The translations under genes and the position numbers were made by a program. A model generated the notes under the pieces. That model saw only the letters and a list, made by a program, of their open reading frames with translations, was not told the DNA's origin and did not search any database. From Planctomycetota bacterium (lineage in GTDB: Bacteria; Planctomycetota; UBA1135; UBA2386): 64,000 nucleotides of DNA. The stretch covers positions 1,664,001-1,728,000 of the forward strand of contig OZ245838.1 of assembly GCA_965228735.1 (NCBI GenBank), written 5' to 3'. Within the stretch, counting starts at the first letter, position 1. Each line of letters starts with the position of its first letter. This document shows positions 17,251 through 26,513 of this stretch, piece after piece.

Positions 17251-18632
17251 CAGCGTTCCCGGAGTCTGCCGTTCTCGATGGCGAGCACGCGATGCGCGAC
17301 CGCGCGCGCGAGGTCGAGGTCATGGGTCACGAGGACGAGCGCGAGGCCGCGCTGCGATTGGAGCGCGAGCAATTCGCGCAGCACCGCCGTCGCGGTCGCG
17401 CGATCGAGCGAGGCCGTCGGTTCGTCGAGGATCAACACGTCGGGCTCCACGGCCAGCGCCCGCAGGAGCACGGCCCGCCGCTGCTCGCCGCCGGACATCG
17501 TCGCGCCGACCTGCGCGAGCACGCGGCCGTCGATCTGCAGCGCGCGGCCCGTCGCTTCGAGGTCGAACGTCGTGGTGCGCGCCTCGCGCACGAGCGTCCG
17601 CAACGTCATGCCGGGCGTCATCGAACCGAGCGCGTCCTGCGGACACAGCTGCACGGCCGGGCGGCGCCCCGGCCGTTCGATCGTGCCGGCGTCGGGTTCG
17701 AGGTGACCGGCGAGCAGGCGCGCGAGGGTCGTCTTGCCCGCGCCCGACTCGCCGACGATCGCGACGATCTCGCCGCGTCGCAGTTCGAAGTCGACGCCAA
17801 CGAGAATCGGGCGGGCCCCGAACGACCGCGCCACCGACCGCATGACGAGAACCGGCTCGGCGCCGAGGTCGGCGCTCGTGATCCGCTCCGGCCACGGGGC
17901 GAGGTCGAGCTCACGACGTTCGAACACGCCGTCTCGCTCGGTGTGAACCGCGGCGTCGAGGTCGCGCAGCAGGCGATCGTCGTGCGTCGCGAGCAGCAGC
18001 GCGCTGCCGCGGGCGAGCAGCTCGCGCAGTTGCGCGACGAGGTCGTCGTAGCTGCCGCCGTCGAGGCTGGCCGACGGTTCGTCCGCGAGCACGAGCGCCG
18101 GCCGCCGCAGCATCGCCATCGCGATGAGCACGCGCTGGGCCTGACCGCCCGAGATCTCGTGGCGCCGCCGGATCGCCACGCCGGCCTCGACGCCCAGTTC
18201 CGCGAGCGCGGCGCCGACCTGCTCGGGCGCGGCTCCCGTGGCCGCCCTGATCTGCACGCCCACCGGCGTCAGCGGGTCGAGCACGGCGAGCGCGTCCTGG
18301 GCGAGGAAGAACACCTCGTTGCGGCGGAACTCACGGTCCACCAGTGCGGCCCGTTCGGCTTGCGCCACACCGGAGCCGGGGGAAGTCGTGTGCTGCGAAC
18401 AGGACACCTCGCGCCCACCCACGCGGACACTCCCCGTCGTTTCGGCCTGCTCGAGCACCCCGAGCAGCGCCATCAGCATCGATGTCTTGCCGCACCCGGA
18501 CGGCCCGTAGAGCGCCGCGGCCTCGCCGCTGGCGAGGTGCATCTCGGGCAGCCGCACGGCGAAGCCATTGGGGCGCCGCAGCGCGAAGTCCTGGACCGCC
18601 AGCACCGACTCCACGGCCCGAGTGGATGACAT
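17250..18632 (-). CDS. ABC transporter ATP-binding protein with two ATPase domains (peptide/nickel type)
   Basis: GPSGCGKT, ISGGQAQR, LADEP in the first domain and GESGAGKT, MSGGEQRR, ILDEP, VTHD in the second. Confidence 0.9.
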   Translation of the reverse strand: MSSTRAVESVLAVQDFALRRPNGFAVRLPEMHLASGEAAALYGPSGCGKTSMLMALLGVLEQAETTGSVRVGGREVSCSQHTTSPGSGVAQAERAALVDREFRRNEVFFLAQDALAVLDPLTPVGVQIRAATGAAPEQVGAALAELGVEAGVAIRRRHEISGGQAQRVLIAMAMLRRPALVLADEPSASLDGGSYDDLVAQLRELLARGSALLLATHDDRLLRDLDAAVHTERDGVFERRELDLAPWPERITSADLGAEPVLVMRSVARSFGARPILVGVDFELRRGEIVAIVGESGAGKTTLARLLAGHLEPDAGTIERPGRRPAVQLCPQDALGSMTPGMTLRTLVREARTTTFDLEATGRALQIDGRVLAQVGATMSGGEQRRAVLLRALAVEPDVLILDEPTASLDRATATAVLRELLALQSQRGLALVLVTHDLDLARAVAHRVLAIENGRLRER

Positions 18633-18674
18633 CGGCACGGCTTTCGCAAGGACCTGACGTTCCCCCGTATAGTC

Positions 18675-19841
18675 ATGACCATGATTCCGCCGTTCGTTGC
18701 GATTCGTTTCGCGTCCCGCCTCGCCAGGTTCACGACCCTCGTCGCGCTGCTCGGTTCAGTCGTGAGCGCCCCGGTCTCGGCGCAGGAGACGCTCGACCAG
18801 CTGCAGCGCAAGTTCATGGCCGAGGCGCGCGCGATGGGGCCGGAGCGGCCGACGCGGGCGCAGGAAGAGGCGCTGCTGACGCGGCAGATCGGCGAGCTCG
18901 AGACGTTCTTGCGGGACACGGCCAAGGGCGACGACCGCTGGAACGGGCGGCTCATGCTGGCCGAACTCAACCGCGTGCGCGGCAACCGCGAAGGCGCGGC
19001 CAAGGCGCTCGCGAGCATCGACGTCGACCAGGCGCCGCCGCTGCTGCTCGTGAGCGGCGCCGCGCTCGCCCGTCATCTCGGGCAGGACGAACTGCTCGAG
19101 CGCTGGCTCGAGACCGCGATGGCACGCGCCGGCACGGCTACGCTCGAGGACCAGATGGCGATGGCGCGGCTGTTCATGATCGTGCACCACGCCGTGGAGC
19201 GCGGTGACAAGATCCTCGCGGCCGCGCTGGCCAGCGCGAAGGACGACGAGGAGCGCGCGATGGTGCGCTGGCACCGCGCCGACATGCTGCGCGATCGCGA
19301 GGACCTGCCGGAGAACACCGGGTTCATCGAACTCGAGAAGCTCGCGCAGGACCTGCCCGACACCTACTGGGGCGACGTCGCCAAGGATCGCCTGCGCGCG
19401 ACGCGCCTCGCCCCGGGCGCCGAGGCGATCGACTTCAAGGCCGAGACGCTCGCAGGCCGGACCATCGAACTATCCAAGTTGCGCGGCAAGGCCGTGATCC
19501 TCGCGTTCTGGCAGCTGCGTGACTACGACACGCCCAACCTGGTCCGCACGCTCAACGACCTCGCGCGTGAGCACGGCGACAAGCTCGCGATCGTCAGCGT
19601 CTGCATCGATCAGGACAAGGCCGCGATCGAGGCCGGCGTGAAGGACCTCGGCATCGCGTGGCCCGTCGTCGGCGACGGCAAGGGCATCGGCACCGACATC
19701 GCGCTGCGCTGGTTCGTCGAAGGCCCGACGCTGCACGTGATCGGCCCCGACGGCAAGATCCGCGCGCTCGGCCTGCACGCCGGCACCCGCGACGCCCGCG
19801 AGCAGCTCAGCGCCATCATCAAGGGCTCGGTCCCGAACTGA
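18675..19841 (+). CDS. exported helical-repeat protein with TlpA/thioredoxin-like domain lacking CxxC
   Basis: PGAEAIDFKAETLAGRTIELSKLRGKAVILAFW-QLRDYDT, IVSVCID, GPTLHVIGPDGKI. Confidence 0.8.
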   Translation: MTMIPPFVAIRFASRLARFTTLVALLGSVVSAPVSAQETLDQLQRKFMAEARAMGPERPTRAQEEALLTRQIGELETFLRDTAKGDDRWNGRLMLAELNRVRGNREGAAKALASIDVDQAPPLLLVSGAALARHLGQDELLERWLETAMARAGTATLEDQMAMARLFMIVHHAVERGDKILAAALASAKDDEERAMVRWHRADMLRDREDLPENTGFIELEKLAQDLPDTYWGDVAKDRLRATRLAPGAEAIDFKAETLAGRTIELSKLRGKAVILAFWQLRDYDTPNLVRTLNDLAREHGDKLAIVSVCIDQDKAAIEAGVKDLGIAWPVVGDGKGIGTDIALRWFVEGPTLHVIGPDGKIRALGLHAGTRDAREQLSAIIKGSVPN

Positions 19842-19842
19842 G

Positions 19843-19938
19843 CCCGTACGGAACCAGGTTCATGCTGCCGGCCGCCGGAACGCCAACCGCAAGGGAGGGT
19901 CACCCGCGGCCGGCAGCATGAACCTGGTTCCGTACGGG
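19843..19938. repeat. perfect 33-bp inverted repeat with 30-nt spacer between convergent genes
   Basis: CCCGTACGGAACCAGGTTCATGCTGCCGGCCGC (19843-19875) and its exact reverse complement (19906-19938). Confidence 0.92.
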
Positions 19939-19946
19939 TTCCGCCA

Positions 19947-21074
19947 TCAGCGGCGGGCGTTGAGCCAGGCGAGGAGGGCGACGATGCCGAAGAGGCCTTC
20001 GCCGATCAGGACGGCGAGCGCCGGGGCCGCCGGCAGCGGATCGAAGCGCCCGTCGACGTTCGTCACGTAGAGGATCTGGGTGCCGGCGTAGGCGAGCAGC
20101 ACGAGGTCGGGACCGAGGCGGCCGCGGCGGCCGAAGCGGACGCCCGTTCGGACGACGAACGTGATGGCGCCGAGCCCCGCGAGCGCGAGCAGCGTCCAGG
20201 CGCCGAGCGGCGACTCGGGCAGCGCGCGCGCCGCGAGTTCGGAGCCCGTGACCCGGTCCGCCGGGACCTTGAGCGAGCCGACCATGCACAAGGCCCCGGC
20301 GAGCGGCGCGAGCAGCGCGACCGTCGCGATCGGCCAGAGCCGCTGCGTGATCGCGTGCGCGGGCCAGGCGAGGAAGCCCCGCCGCCGGCCGATGCGCAGA
20401 CCGCGCAGCGCCGTCTGCAGCGTCGCCAGCATGAACAGCGCGATCGGCACGAGCAGGATGCCGCCCATCGTCGGCCGCGTCCCGAGCGCCAACCCCATCG
20501 CGAAGCTCGCGGTCGTGAGCAGGCCGAGGAGCACGACCACGCGCCGCAGCCGGCCGCGCCGGCGCCGCTGATGCACGGCATGGGCCGTGAGCTGCAAGAG
20601 CAGCAAGCCGAGGAGCGCGAACGTCACCGCCGCGGTCTCGGGCCGCAGGACGTGACCGTGCTCGTAGACCGCCGGCAGCAGCACGAGCCCCGCGGTCGTC
20701 ACGAGCGCCGGCAGCCGACCGCGCGCGAGCACGACGACGAAGTAGCAGAGCGCCGAAACCGCGAACATCGCGAGCACCTGCATGAGCCGGGCCATCGCGA
20801 GCAGCCCGTGCTGCTTCCCGGCCGCCGTCGGCCACTCCGCGGTTGCCGGCAAGGTCGCGACCTCGAACTGTCGGCCGAGTTCGGTCCCGCTCGTGCCCGC
20901 CCACGCCGCGCGCAGTCGTTCGAGCTCACCGCTCGCGGCGGGCGCATCGATGTCGAGCCCGGCAACGAGCGCGGGGAGCCCGACGCAGCCGATGGCCGCG
21001 CAGGCGAAACCGACCGCGCGCGTCCGACCACCGGACGGTCGCCCCGTCGCAGGCGGCGGCGCGGCCGCGCTCAC
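19947..21074 (-). CDS. polytopic membrane protein, weakly GT-C/ArnT-like
   Basis: Many TM segments and a loop motif GHVLRPET. Confidence 0.65.
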   Translation of the reverse strand: MSAAAPPPATGRPSGGRTRAVGFACAAIGCVGLPALVAGLDIDAPAASGELERLRAAWAGTSGTELGRQFEVATLPATAEWPTAAGKQHGLLAMARLMQVLAMFAVSALCYFVVVLARGRLPALVTTAGLVLLPAVYEHGHVLRPETAAVTFALLGLLLLQLTAHAVHQRRRRGRLRRVVVLLGLLTTASFAMGLALGTRPTMGGILLVPIALFMLATLQTALRGLRIGRRRGFLAWPAHAITQRLWPIATVALLAPLAGALCMVGSLKVPADRVTGSELAARALPESPLGAWTLLALAGLGAITFVVRTGVRFGRRGRLGPDLVLLAYAGTQILYVTNVDGRFDPLPAAPALAVLIGEGLFGIVALLAWLNARR

Positions 21075-21454
21075 GACAGCGCGGCGATGCAGTCGATCTC
21101 GACGAGACCGTTCTTCGGCAGCTGCTTCACCGCGATCGCGGCACGCGCCGGCCGGTGGTCGCCGAAGTGCCTACCGTAGACTTCGTTGACCGGCACGAAG
21201 TCGTCCATCGTCGTGAGATAGACCGTCGTGCGCACGACCTTGTCGAGGCTGCAGCCCGCGCCTTCGAGCACGGCGCGGAGGTTCTTCATCACCTGCTCGC
21301 ACTGCGCAGCGGCGGTGTCGCCGACCATCTCCATCGTCGCGGGATCGAGCGCGACCTGGCCGGAGCAGAACAGGAGATCACCGACCTTGATGGCCTGGCT
21401 GTAGGGACCGATGGCCGCGGGGGCATCGTTGGTGTGGATCGGTTCGAGGGTCAT
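21071..21454 (-). CDS. ridA: RidA-family enamine/imine deaminase
   Basis: PAAIGPYSQA, CSGQVALDP, PARAAIAVKQLPKNGLVEID. Confidence 0.93.
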   Translation of the reverse strand: MTLEPIHTNDAPAAIGPYSQAIKVGDLLFCSGQVALDPATMEMVGDTAAAQCEQVMKNLRAVLEGAGCSLDKVVRTTVYLTTMDDFVPVNEVYGRHFGDHRPARAAIAVKQLPKNGLVEIDCIAALS

Positions 21455-21529
21455 GATGGGCGAGAATCGGAGCGGAAGGAGGGGAAGAACGCGAGCCCCG
21501 TGTTGGAGTCGGCAACGCCGCGCACCGCG

Positions 21530-22015
21530 TCAGCTCGCGGGCCGGAGGCGCTCGCGCAGCCGGCGTTCGACGACTTCGGGCAGGAAGCCGCTGACGTCAC
21601 CGCCGTGCTTGACGATCTCGCGGATCAGCGACGAGGACACGTAGCTGTACTCGACGCTCGGCATGACGAACACGCTCTCGATGTCGTCAGCGAGGTGCCG
21701 GTTGGTCAGCGCCATCTGGTACTCGAACTCGAAGTCCGAGACCGTGCGCACGCCGCGCAGGATCGCGCCGATGCCCTCGCGCCGGCAGTAGTCGACGACG
21801 AGGCCCGTGAACGTCGTCACGGACAGCCGGTCGTCCTGCGGCAGGGTCTCGCGCAGCATGGCGACGCGTTCTTCCGCGGTGAACGTCGGCTGCTTGCTGC
21901 TGTTGATCGCGACGGCGACGGTGAGCCGGTCGAACAGCGGCAGCGCGCGCTGGATCAGGTCGAGATGCCCGAGCGTGACGGGGTCGAAGCTGCCGGGGTA
22001 GAGCGCCGAGACCAT
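21530..22015 (-). CDS. coaD: pantetheine-phosphate adenylyltransferase
   Basis: YPGSFDPVTLGHLD, RGVRTVSDFEFE, VSSSLIREI. Confidence 0.97.
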   Translation of the reverse strand: MVSALYPGSFDPVTLGHLDLIQRALPLFDRLTVAVAINSSKQPTFTAEERVAMLRETLPQDDRLSVTTFTGLVVDYCRREGIGAILRGVRTVSDFEFEYQMALTNRHLADDIESVFVMPSVEYSYVSSSLIREIVKHGGDVSGFLPEVVERRLRERLRPAS

Positions 22016-22060
22016 TGCACCGACTGTAACCAACGGGCGGATCGGCGCACGAGACAGTTG

Positions 22061-24307
22061 ATGGAACCGCGCACCGCTCTGCTGCTCGCCGTCCTGCTCG
22101 GGCTGCCGACCGCCGTGCTCGCGAGCCAGGCGCCGCACGGGACGCTGCCGGCGGCCGCCGCCGTCGCCGCGATCGCGACCCTGTTCGCCGCGGCCGGACC
22201 ACGACGCGCGCGCCCGCTCGGCCTCCTCGCGCTGCCGATGCTGCTCGCCGCGATCCCGGCAGCGGATCCTGCACCCGGCACCGAACGCACCTCGCGGCCC
22301 GACGGCGTGCGGGCTGGACCCGTGCGCTGCCGCGGCGAGGTCGGGCGCACGACCTTCCTGCCGGCCCGCAACGCCACGCAGCTGTGGTTGCGCGCGCCGA
22401 CGGGGCCGCCGCTGCGGCTCACGGTGACGGGGCGGCCCGACGTCGTGGCCGGCGACCGGATCGACGCCATCGCGCGCTGGACCCCACCCCCGGCACCCGG
22501 TCTCTGGCCGAGCCTGACCGCGCCCGCGGAGACGGTTCACGTCGCCCACCGACCGCGCTCGTGCGGCCGGCTGCTGGCGGCGATTCGCACGGGCTGCGAA
22601 CGCCGACTCCTCGACCTCGTGCCCGGCGAACGTGGCGCCGTGGTCGCCACGCTCGTGCTCGGGCGCGGGACCCGCGCGCCGCTCGCCGTGGCCGAGTCGC
22701 ATCGCGCCACGGGCCTCAGTCACCTCCTCGCCGTCAGCGGCGCCCACGCCGCGATGCTCGGCGTCCTGCTCGGCCTCGGCGCATTCGGCAGCGGTCGCCG
22801 GAGTCGCGGTCGGCGACTCGGCGCCCGCCGGCTGCACGTCGTCACGGCGCTCGCCGTCCTCTTCGCCTACGCCGGGATCACGGGCGGCGAGCCGCCGGTC
22901 GTCCGTGCCGTTCTCATGTACACCCTCGCGGCGTGCGCGCTGCGGAACGGCCGCACGCTCGGCCTGCTCGTGGGCCTCGCGGCGCCCGCACTCGTCACGG
23001 CGGCGACCGCGCCGCGCGAGCTGCTCGGCCCGAGTTTCCTGCTGAGCTACGCGGCGGTCGCCGGGCTCGGGATCGCGGCGGCCACCGGCCCCGTCGCCGG
23101 CGCCGACCGGGCGGGCTTCTGCAGTCGCCTCGCCCTGCCGCTGCGCGCATCGCTGTGGGCAACGTGCACGACGGCCCCGATCACGCTCGCGTGGTTCGGT
23201 CAACTCGCGCCGTGGACGATCCTGCTGACGCCGTTGCTCGCGCCGGTCGTCGGTGTCGTGCTCGTGCTCGGGCTGCTCGCCGCCCTGCTCGCGAGCATCG
23301 CCGCGCCGCTGGCCGCGCCGCTCGGCGGCATCCTGTCGGGGCTCACCGCGTTCTACGTCGAAGCGGTCGCGCTCGCGGATCGACTGCCCGCGACGCCGAT
23401 CCGGGCGCTCGCCTCCCCGCACGCGGCGACGGTCACGATCGCGGTCCTCGTCGCGGTCGTGCTGCTCGCCTGGCCAACGGCACGGTCCGCGCGCTGGCCG
23501 CGGCGCACGTTCGGCGCCCTGCTCGTTGCGCTGACGCCGTGGTTCGTCCCGGTCGCGACGGACCGCGACGCGCGGCTCGAGCTCTTCGCCGTCGGCCACG
23601 GTCAGGCCGCGCTCGTCGTGACCGCGACCGGCGAGCGCGTCGCGATCGACTGCGGCAGCGTGCAGCTGCCGCACTACGCCGCCCGCCGCCTCGCGGTCGC
23701 GCGCGCGGGCACGGCCCGGCGGCTCGACTGGCTCGTGATCACGCACGGTGACCACGATCACCGGAACGGCGTGCCCGCGCTGCTCGAGCGGGTGCGCGTC
23801 CGGCGCGCGGTGCTGCCCGCGCGGCTCGGCGACTCCGACCTCGCGGCGCGACTGCGCCGGCACGGCGCGGGGCTCACGCTGCTCGCTCCCGGCGAAGGCG
23901 TACAGCTCACGACCGGCATCTCGGCCCACGCACCGGCGGTGCCGACCGATTGCGCCGCGAACGACGGCAGCCTCTGGGTTCGCGTGCGCCAGCGCGGCCG
24001 CGACGCGCTGCTCTGCGGCGACGCGCAGGAGGCCGGGATCACCGCCGGCCGGCAACAGGGCCTGGCCACCCCCGCCGACGTCCTCGTGCTGCCGCACCAC
24101 GGCCGTGACGATCCGGCGGTCCCGGCGCTGCTCGACGCCGTTCGGCCAACGACCTGCCTCGTGTCCGCCAGAGCCGCGGACGGCCCCACCGCAGCCGGCG
24201 GGCTCGCGCGCGCGCACGGCGCGGTGACCTGGGTCACCGGCCAGGACGGCGATCTCGCACTCGACCTCACGACCGGCGTCGTCCGCGCGGCGCGGCCGAC
24301 ACGCTGA
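22061..24307 (+). CDS. comEC: ComEC/Rec2 competence protein with metallo-beta-lactamase domain
   Basis: GLSHLLAVSGAH, PPVVRA, SFLLSY, VGHGQA, THGDHDH, PHHG. Confidence 0.92.
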   Translation: MEPRTALLLAVLLGLPTAVLASQAPHGTLPAAAAVAAIATLFAAAGPRRARPLGLLALPMLLAAIPAADPAPGTERTSRPDGVRAGPVRCRGEVGRTTFLPARNATQLWLRAPTGPPLRLTVTGRPDVVAGDRIDAIARWTPPPAPGLWPSLTAPAETVHVAHRPRSCGRLLAAIRTGCERRLLDLVPGERGAVVATLVLGRGTRAPLAVAESHRATGLSHLLAVSGAHAAMLGVLLGLGAFGSGRRSRGRRLGARRLHVVTALAVLFAYAGITGGEPPVVRAVLMYTLAACALRNGRTLGLLVGLAAPALVTAATAPRELLGPSFLLSYAAVAGLGIAAATGPVAGADRAGFCSRLALPLRASLWATCTTAPITLAWFGQLAPWTILLTPLLAPVVGVVLVLGLLAALLASIAAPLAAPLGGILSGLTAFYVEAVALADRLPATPIRALASPHAATVTIAVLVAVVLLAWPTARSARWPRRTFGALLVALTPWFVPVATDRDARLELFAVGHGQAALVVTATGERVAIDCGSVQLPHYAARRLAVARAGTARRLDWLVITHGDHDHRNGVPALLERVRVRRAVLPARLGDSDLAARLRRHGAGLTLLAPGEGVQLTTGISAHAPAVPTDCAANDGSLWVRVRQRGRDALLCGDAQEAGITAGRQQGLATPADVLVLPHHGRDDPAVPALLDAVRPTTCLVSARAADGPTAAGGLARAHGAVTWVTGQDGDLALDLTTGVVRAARPTR

Positions 24308-24339
24308 TGGCGCAAGAACGAACGAAACGAACGGCAGCG

Positions 24340-25371
24340 CTACTCGTCGCCGCCCTTCTTCCCACTCCCCGCCTTGCCGGCACCCTTGATCTTTTCGAGC
24401 TTCGTGATGCGACCGAGGTAGTTCCAGTCCATCACGTAGATGTTGCCGGCCGCGTCCGCGCACACCGAGTGCGGCGACAGGAACTCGCCGTCCTGCCACT
24501 GCTCGCGCGGGATCCGGTTCTTGGCGCGCTTCTTCGGATCCGGGTTGTCGCCGAGGTGCACGACCGGCTCGTCGTCCTTGCCGAGGATCGTGATCCGGCC
24601 GACGAGGTCCGCGACCACGAGGCCGCCGCCGGGCAGCGGGTAGACGTTGCACGGGCGCCGCAGGTCGTGATCCATCTTGCGCACGAACTCGCCGTCGAGC
24701 GTGAACCACTGCAGCCGGTGGTTCTCGCGGTCGCAGACGAGCAGCAGCGGCTCGTCGCCGCGGTCGTCGAGCCACAGCCCGTGCGGCGTGCGCATCTTGC
24801 CGGGCTCCTTGCCGCGGCCGCCGAACGACTTCAGGTACTTGCGATCCTTGTCGTAGACGTGCACGAACGACTGCCCGTAGCCGTCAGAGGCGAAGATGCG
24901 GCCGTCCGGCGCCACCGCGACGGCCGTCGGCCGGTACTGCCCTTCCTGCTCGTAGCAGCCCGACTCCTTGGGCCAGCCGATCGTCCACAGCACCTTGCCG
25001 TCGATCGTCGTCTTGACGACCTCGTGCCGGCCGGTGTGCGCGAGGTAGAGCACCTCCTTGCCGTCCTCGACGCGCAGACACATGCCGTGCAGTCCGCCGC
25101 GGAACTCCTTGCCCCAGCGCGCGACGGTCTTGCCGTCCTGACCGAACGCGACGACCGCGTGTTCGGTGTCGGTGTTGGCGAGCACGCGGCCCTGCCGGTC
25201 GACGACCATGCAGCCGTGCGTGTTGCCGAGCTCCTTGCCGTCCGCCGTCCGGGCCCAGCCGGCGACCCAGCGGTAGGTGTGATCCCCGGATCCGAGGACC
25301 GGCCCATCCTGGGCGGCGATGGGCGCCGCGAGAGCGGCGGCGAGAACGGAGAACGTGAGGCGGCGCAGCAT
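24340..25371 (-). CDS. exported NHL-repeat beta-propeller protein
   Basis: PTAVAVAPDGRIFASDGYG, PHGLWLD, CDRENHRLQ, PHSVCADAAGNIYV. Confidence 0.85.
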   Translation of the reverse strand: MLRRLTFSVLAAALAAPIAAQDGPVLGSGDHTYRWVAGWARTADGKELGNTHGCMVVDRQGRVLANTDTEHAVVAFGQDGKTVARWGKEFRGGLHGMCLRVEDGKEVLYLAHTGRHEVVKTTIDGKVLWTIGWPKESGCYEQEGQYRPTAVAVAPDGRIFASDGYGQSFVHVYDKDRKYLKSFGGRGKEPGKMRTPHGLWLDDRGDEPLLLVCDRENHRLQWFTLDGEFVRKMDHDLRRPCNVYPLPGGGLVVADLVGRITILGKDDEPVVHLGDNPDPKKRAKNRIPREQWQDGEFLSPHSVCADAAGNIYVMDWNYLGRITKLEKIKGAGKAGSGKKGGDE

Positions 25372-25527
25372 CGCGGCGTTCTACGGGGCCCGGGCCGGCG
25401 ATGCCACGGCGGGAGCGTATCGCGATACCAATCTGGTGCAGTTGTTGAGGTCCCCGATGTGGGGTCTTGCGCCAAGCTGCCGTTCGGACGTCGAGCCAGC
25501 CCCGCTCGACCCGCTCCGGAGCGATTC

Positions 25528-26403
25528 ATGCGATCCCAGTTGTTCACGATCCTCGTCCTCGCGACCACGGCCGCGACGACGGCCGACGGCCTGCTCGCGC
25601 AGCGCGGCGGCGGTCGCGGTGGCCGCGATGCATTCAGCCGCTGGCGCCAGCCCGAGGAGATCACCAACCGCGTCGGGCTGTTCTTCAACGATGTCCCCGG
25701 CCCCGCGGAGGACGGCGACAAGGTCGCCGGTCTCGACACGGTCGAGATCGTGCGGGCGGCCAAGGCGGCCAACCAGTTGACCGTGCTCTACCTCGTCGAC
25801 CAGCAGGACGAGGAGGCCGAGTGGCCGCGCGGCGTGTTCGAGTTCATGCTCGGCCGCGACCAGGAACTCGGCATCGAACTGCGCGCGTTCCACTGCGGTC
25901 GCATCGACCTCGGCAAGGCGCCGGCCCTCAAGGCCAAGTACGAGAAGGAACGCCCGCTGTTCGTCGTGTTCGATCAGGAAGGCAAGCCGACGGAGGTGCC
26001 GATGAGCGGCTACCGCCCGGCCGGGAGCAAGCTCAAGAAGGCGCTCGAGAAGGCGGCCGCGGGCGCGATGAAGCCGTCGCTCACGCGCTTCGCGAAGGAC
26101 TACGGCAAGATCATCAAGGACTACTCCGAGCTGCTGCAGGACCGCAAGGACGCGCAAACGGAGATGACCAAGAACCGCGACGACAAGGGCAAGGTCAGGA
26201 AGGCCGAGAAGGAGCTGCTCAAGCTCATGAAGGCCGAGGCCAAGATCCTCGAGAAGGAGGGCGAGCTGCTCGGCAAGTTCACCTTCCCCGACCGCGGCTC
26301 CCAGCGCGTCGGCGGCGTCCGGCCGCGCCGCAACCGCGACGGCAAGGGCGCGGACGGCGGCGACGGTCAGGGCGGCGGCCGCCGCGGCGGCGGCGGCGAA
26401 TAG
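25528..26403 (+). CDS. exported hypothetical protein with Gly/Arg-rich ends and Lys-rich coiled coil
   Basis: GGAG RBS, signal peptide, strong codon bias. Confidence 0.75.
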   Translation: MRSQLFTILVLATTAATTADGLLAQRGGGRGGRDAFSRWRQPEEITNRVGLFFNDVPGPAEDGDKVAGLDTVEIVRAAKAANQLTVLYLVDQQDEEAEWPRGVFEFMLGRDQELGIELRAFHCGRIDLGKAPALKAKYEKERPLFVVFDQEGKPTEVPMSGYRPAGSKLKKALEKAAAGAMKPSLTRFAKDYGKIIKDYSELLQDRKDAQTEMTKNRDDKGKVRKAEKELLKLMKAEAKILEKEGELLGKFTFPDRGSQRVGGVRPRRNRDGKGADGGDGQGGGRRGGGGE

Positions 26404-26513
26404 CGCCCGCCGACGCCCGGTGGAGCGACCCGTGAGTTCCCGGCTCGCGGGGAGGGGCTGCATCTGCCATACTGCTCCGGCCCCTCCGGAACAGTTACCC
26501 CTCCACCCACGCA

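Noticed and set aside
20843..22060. Long N-terminal extension of ComEC implied by the ORF track
   Set aside because: It overlaps ridA and coaD on the opposite strand; ATG 22061 is the plausible start.
25417..25428. 12-bp palindrome GTATCGCGATAC in a divergent promoter region
   Set aside because: Single occurrence with no candidate regulator; it could be chance.
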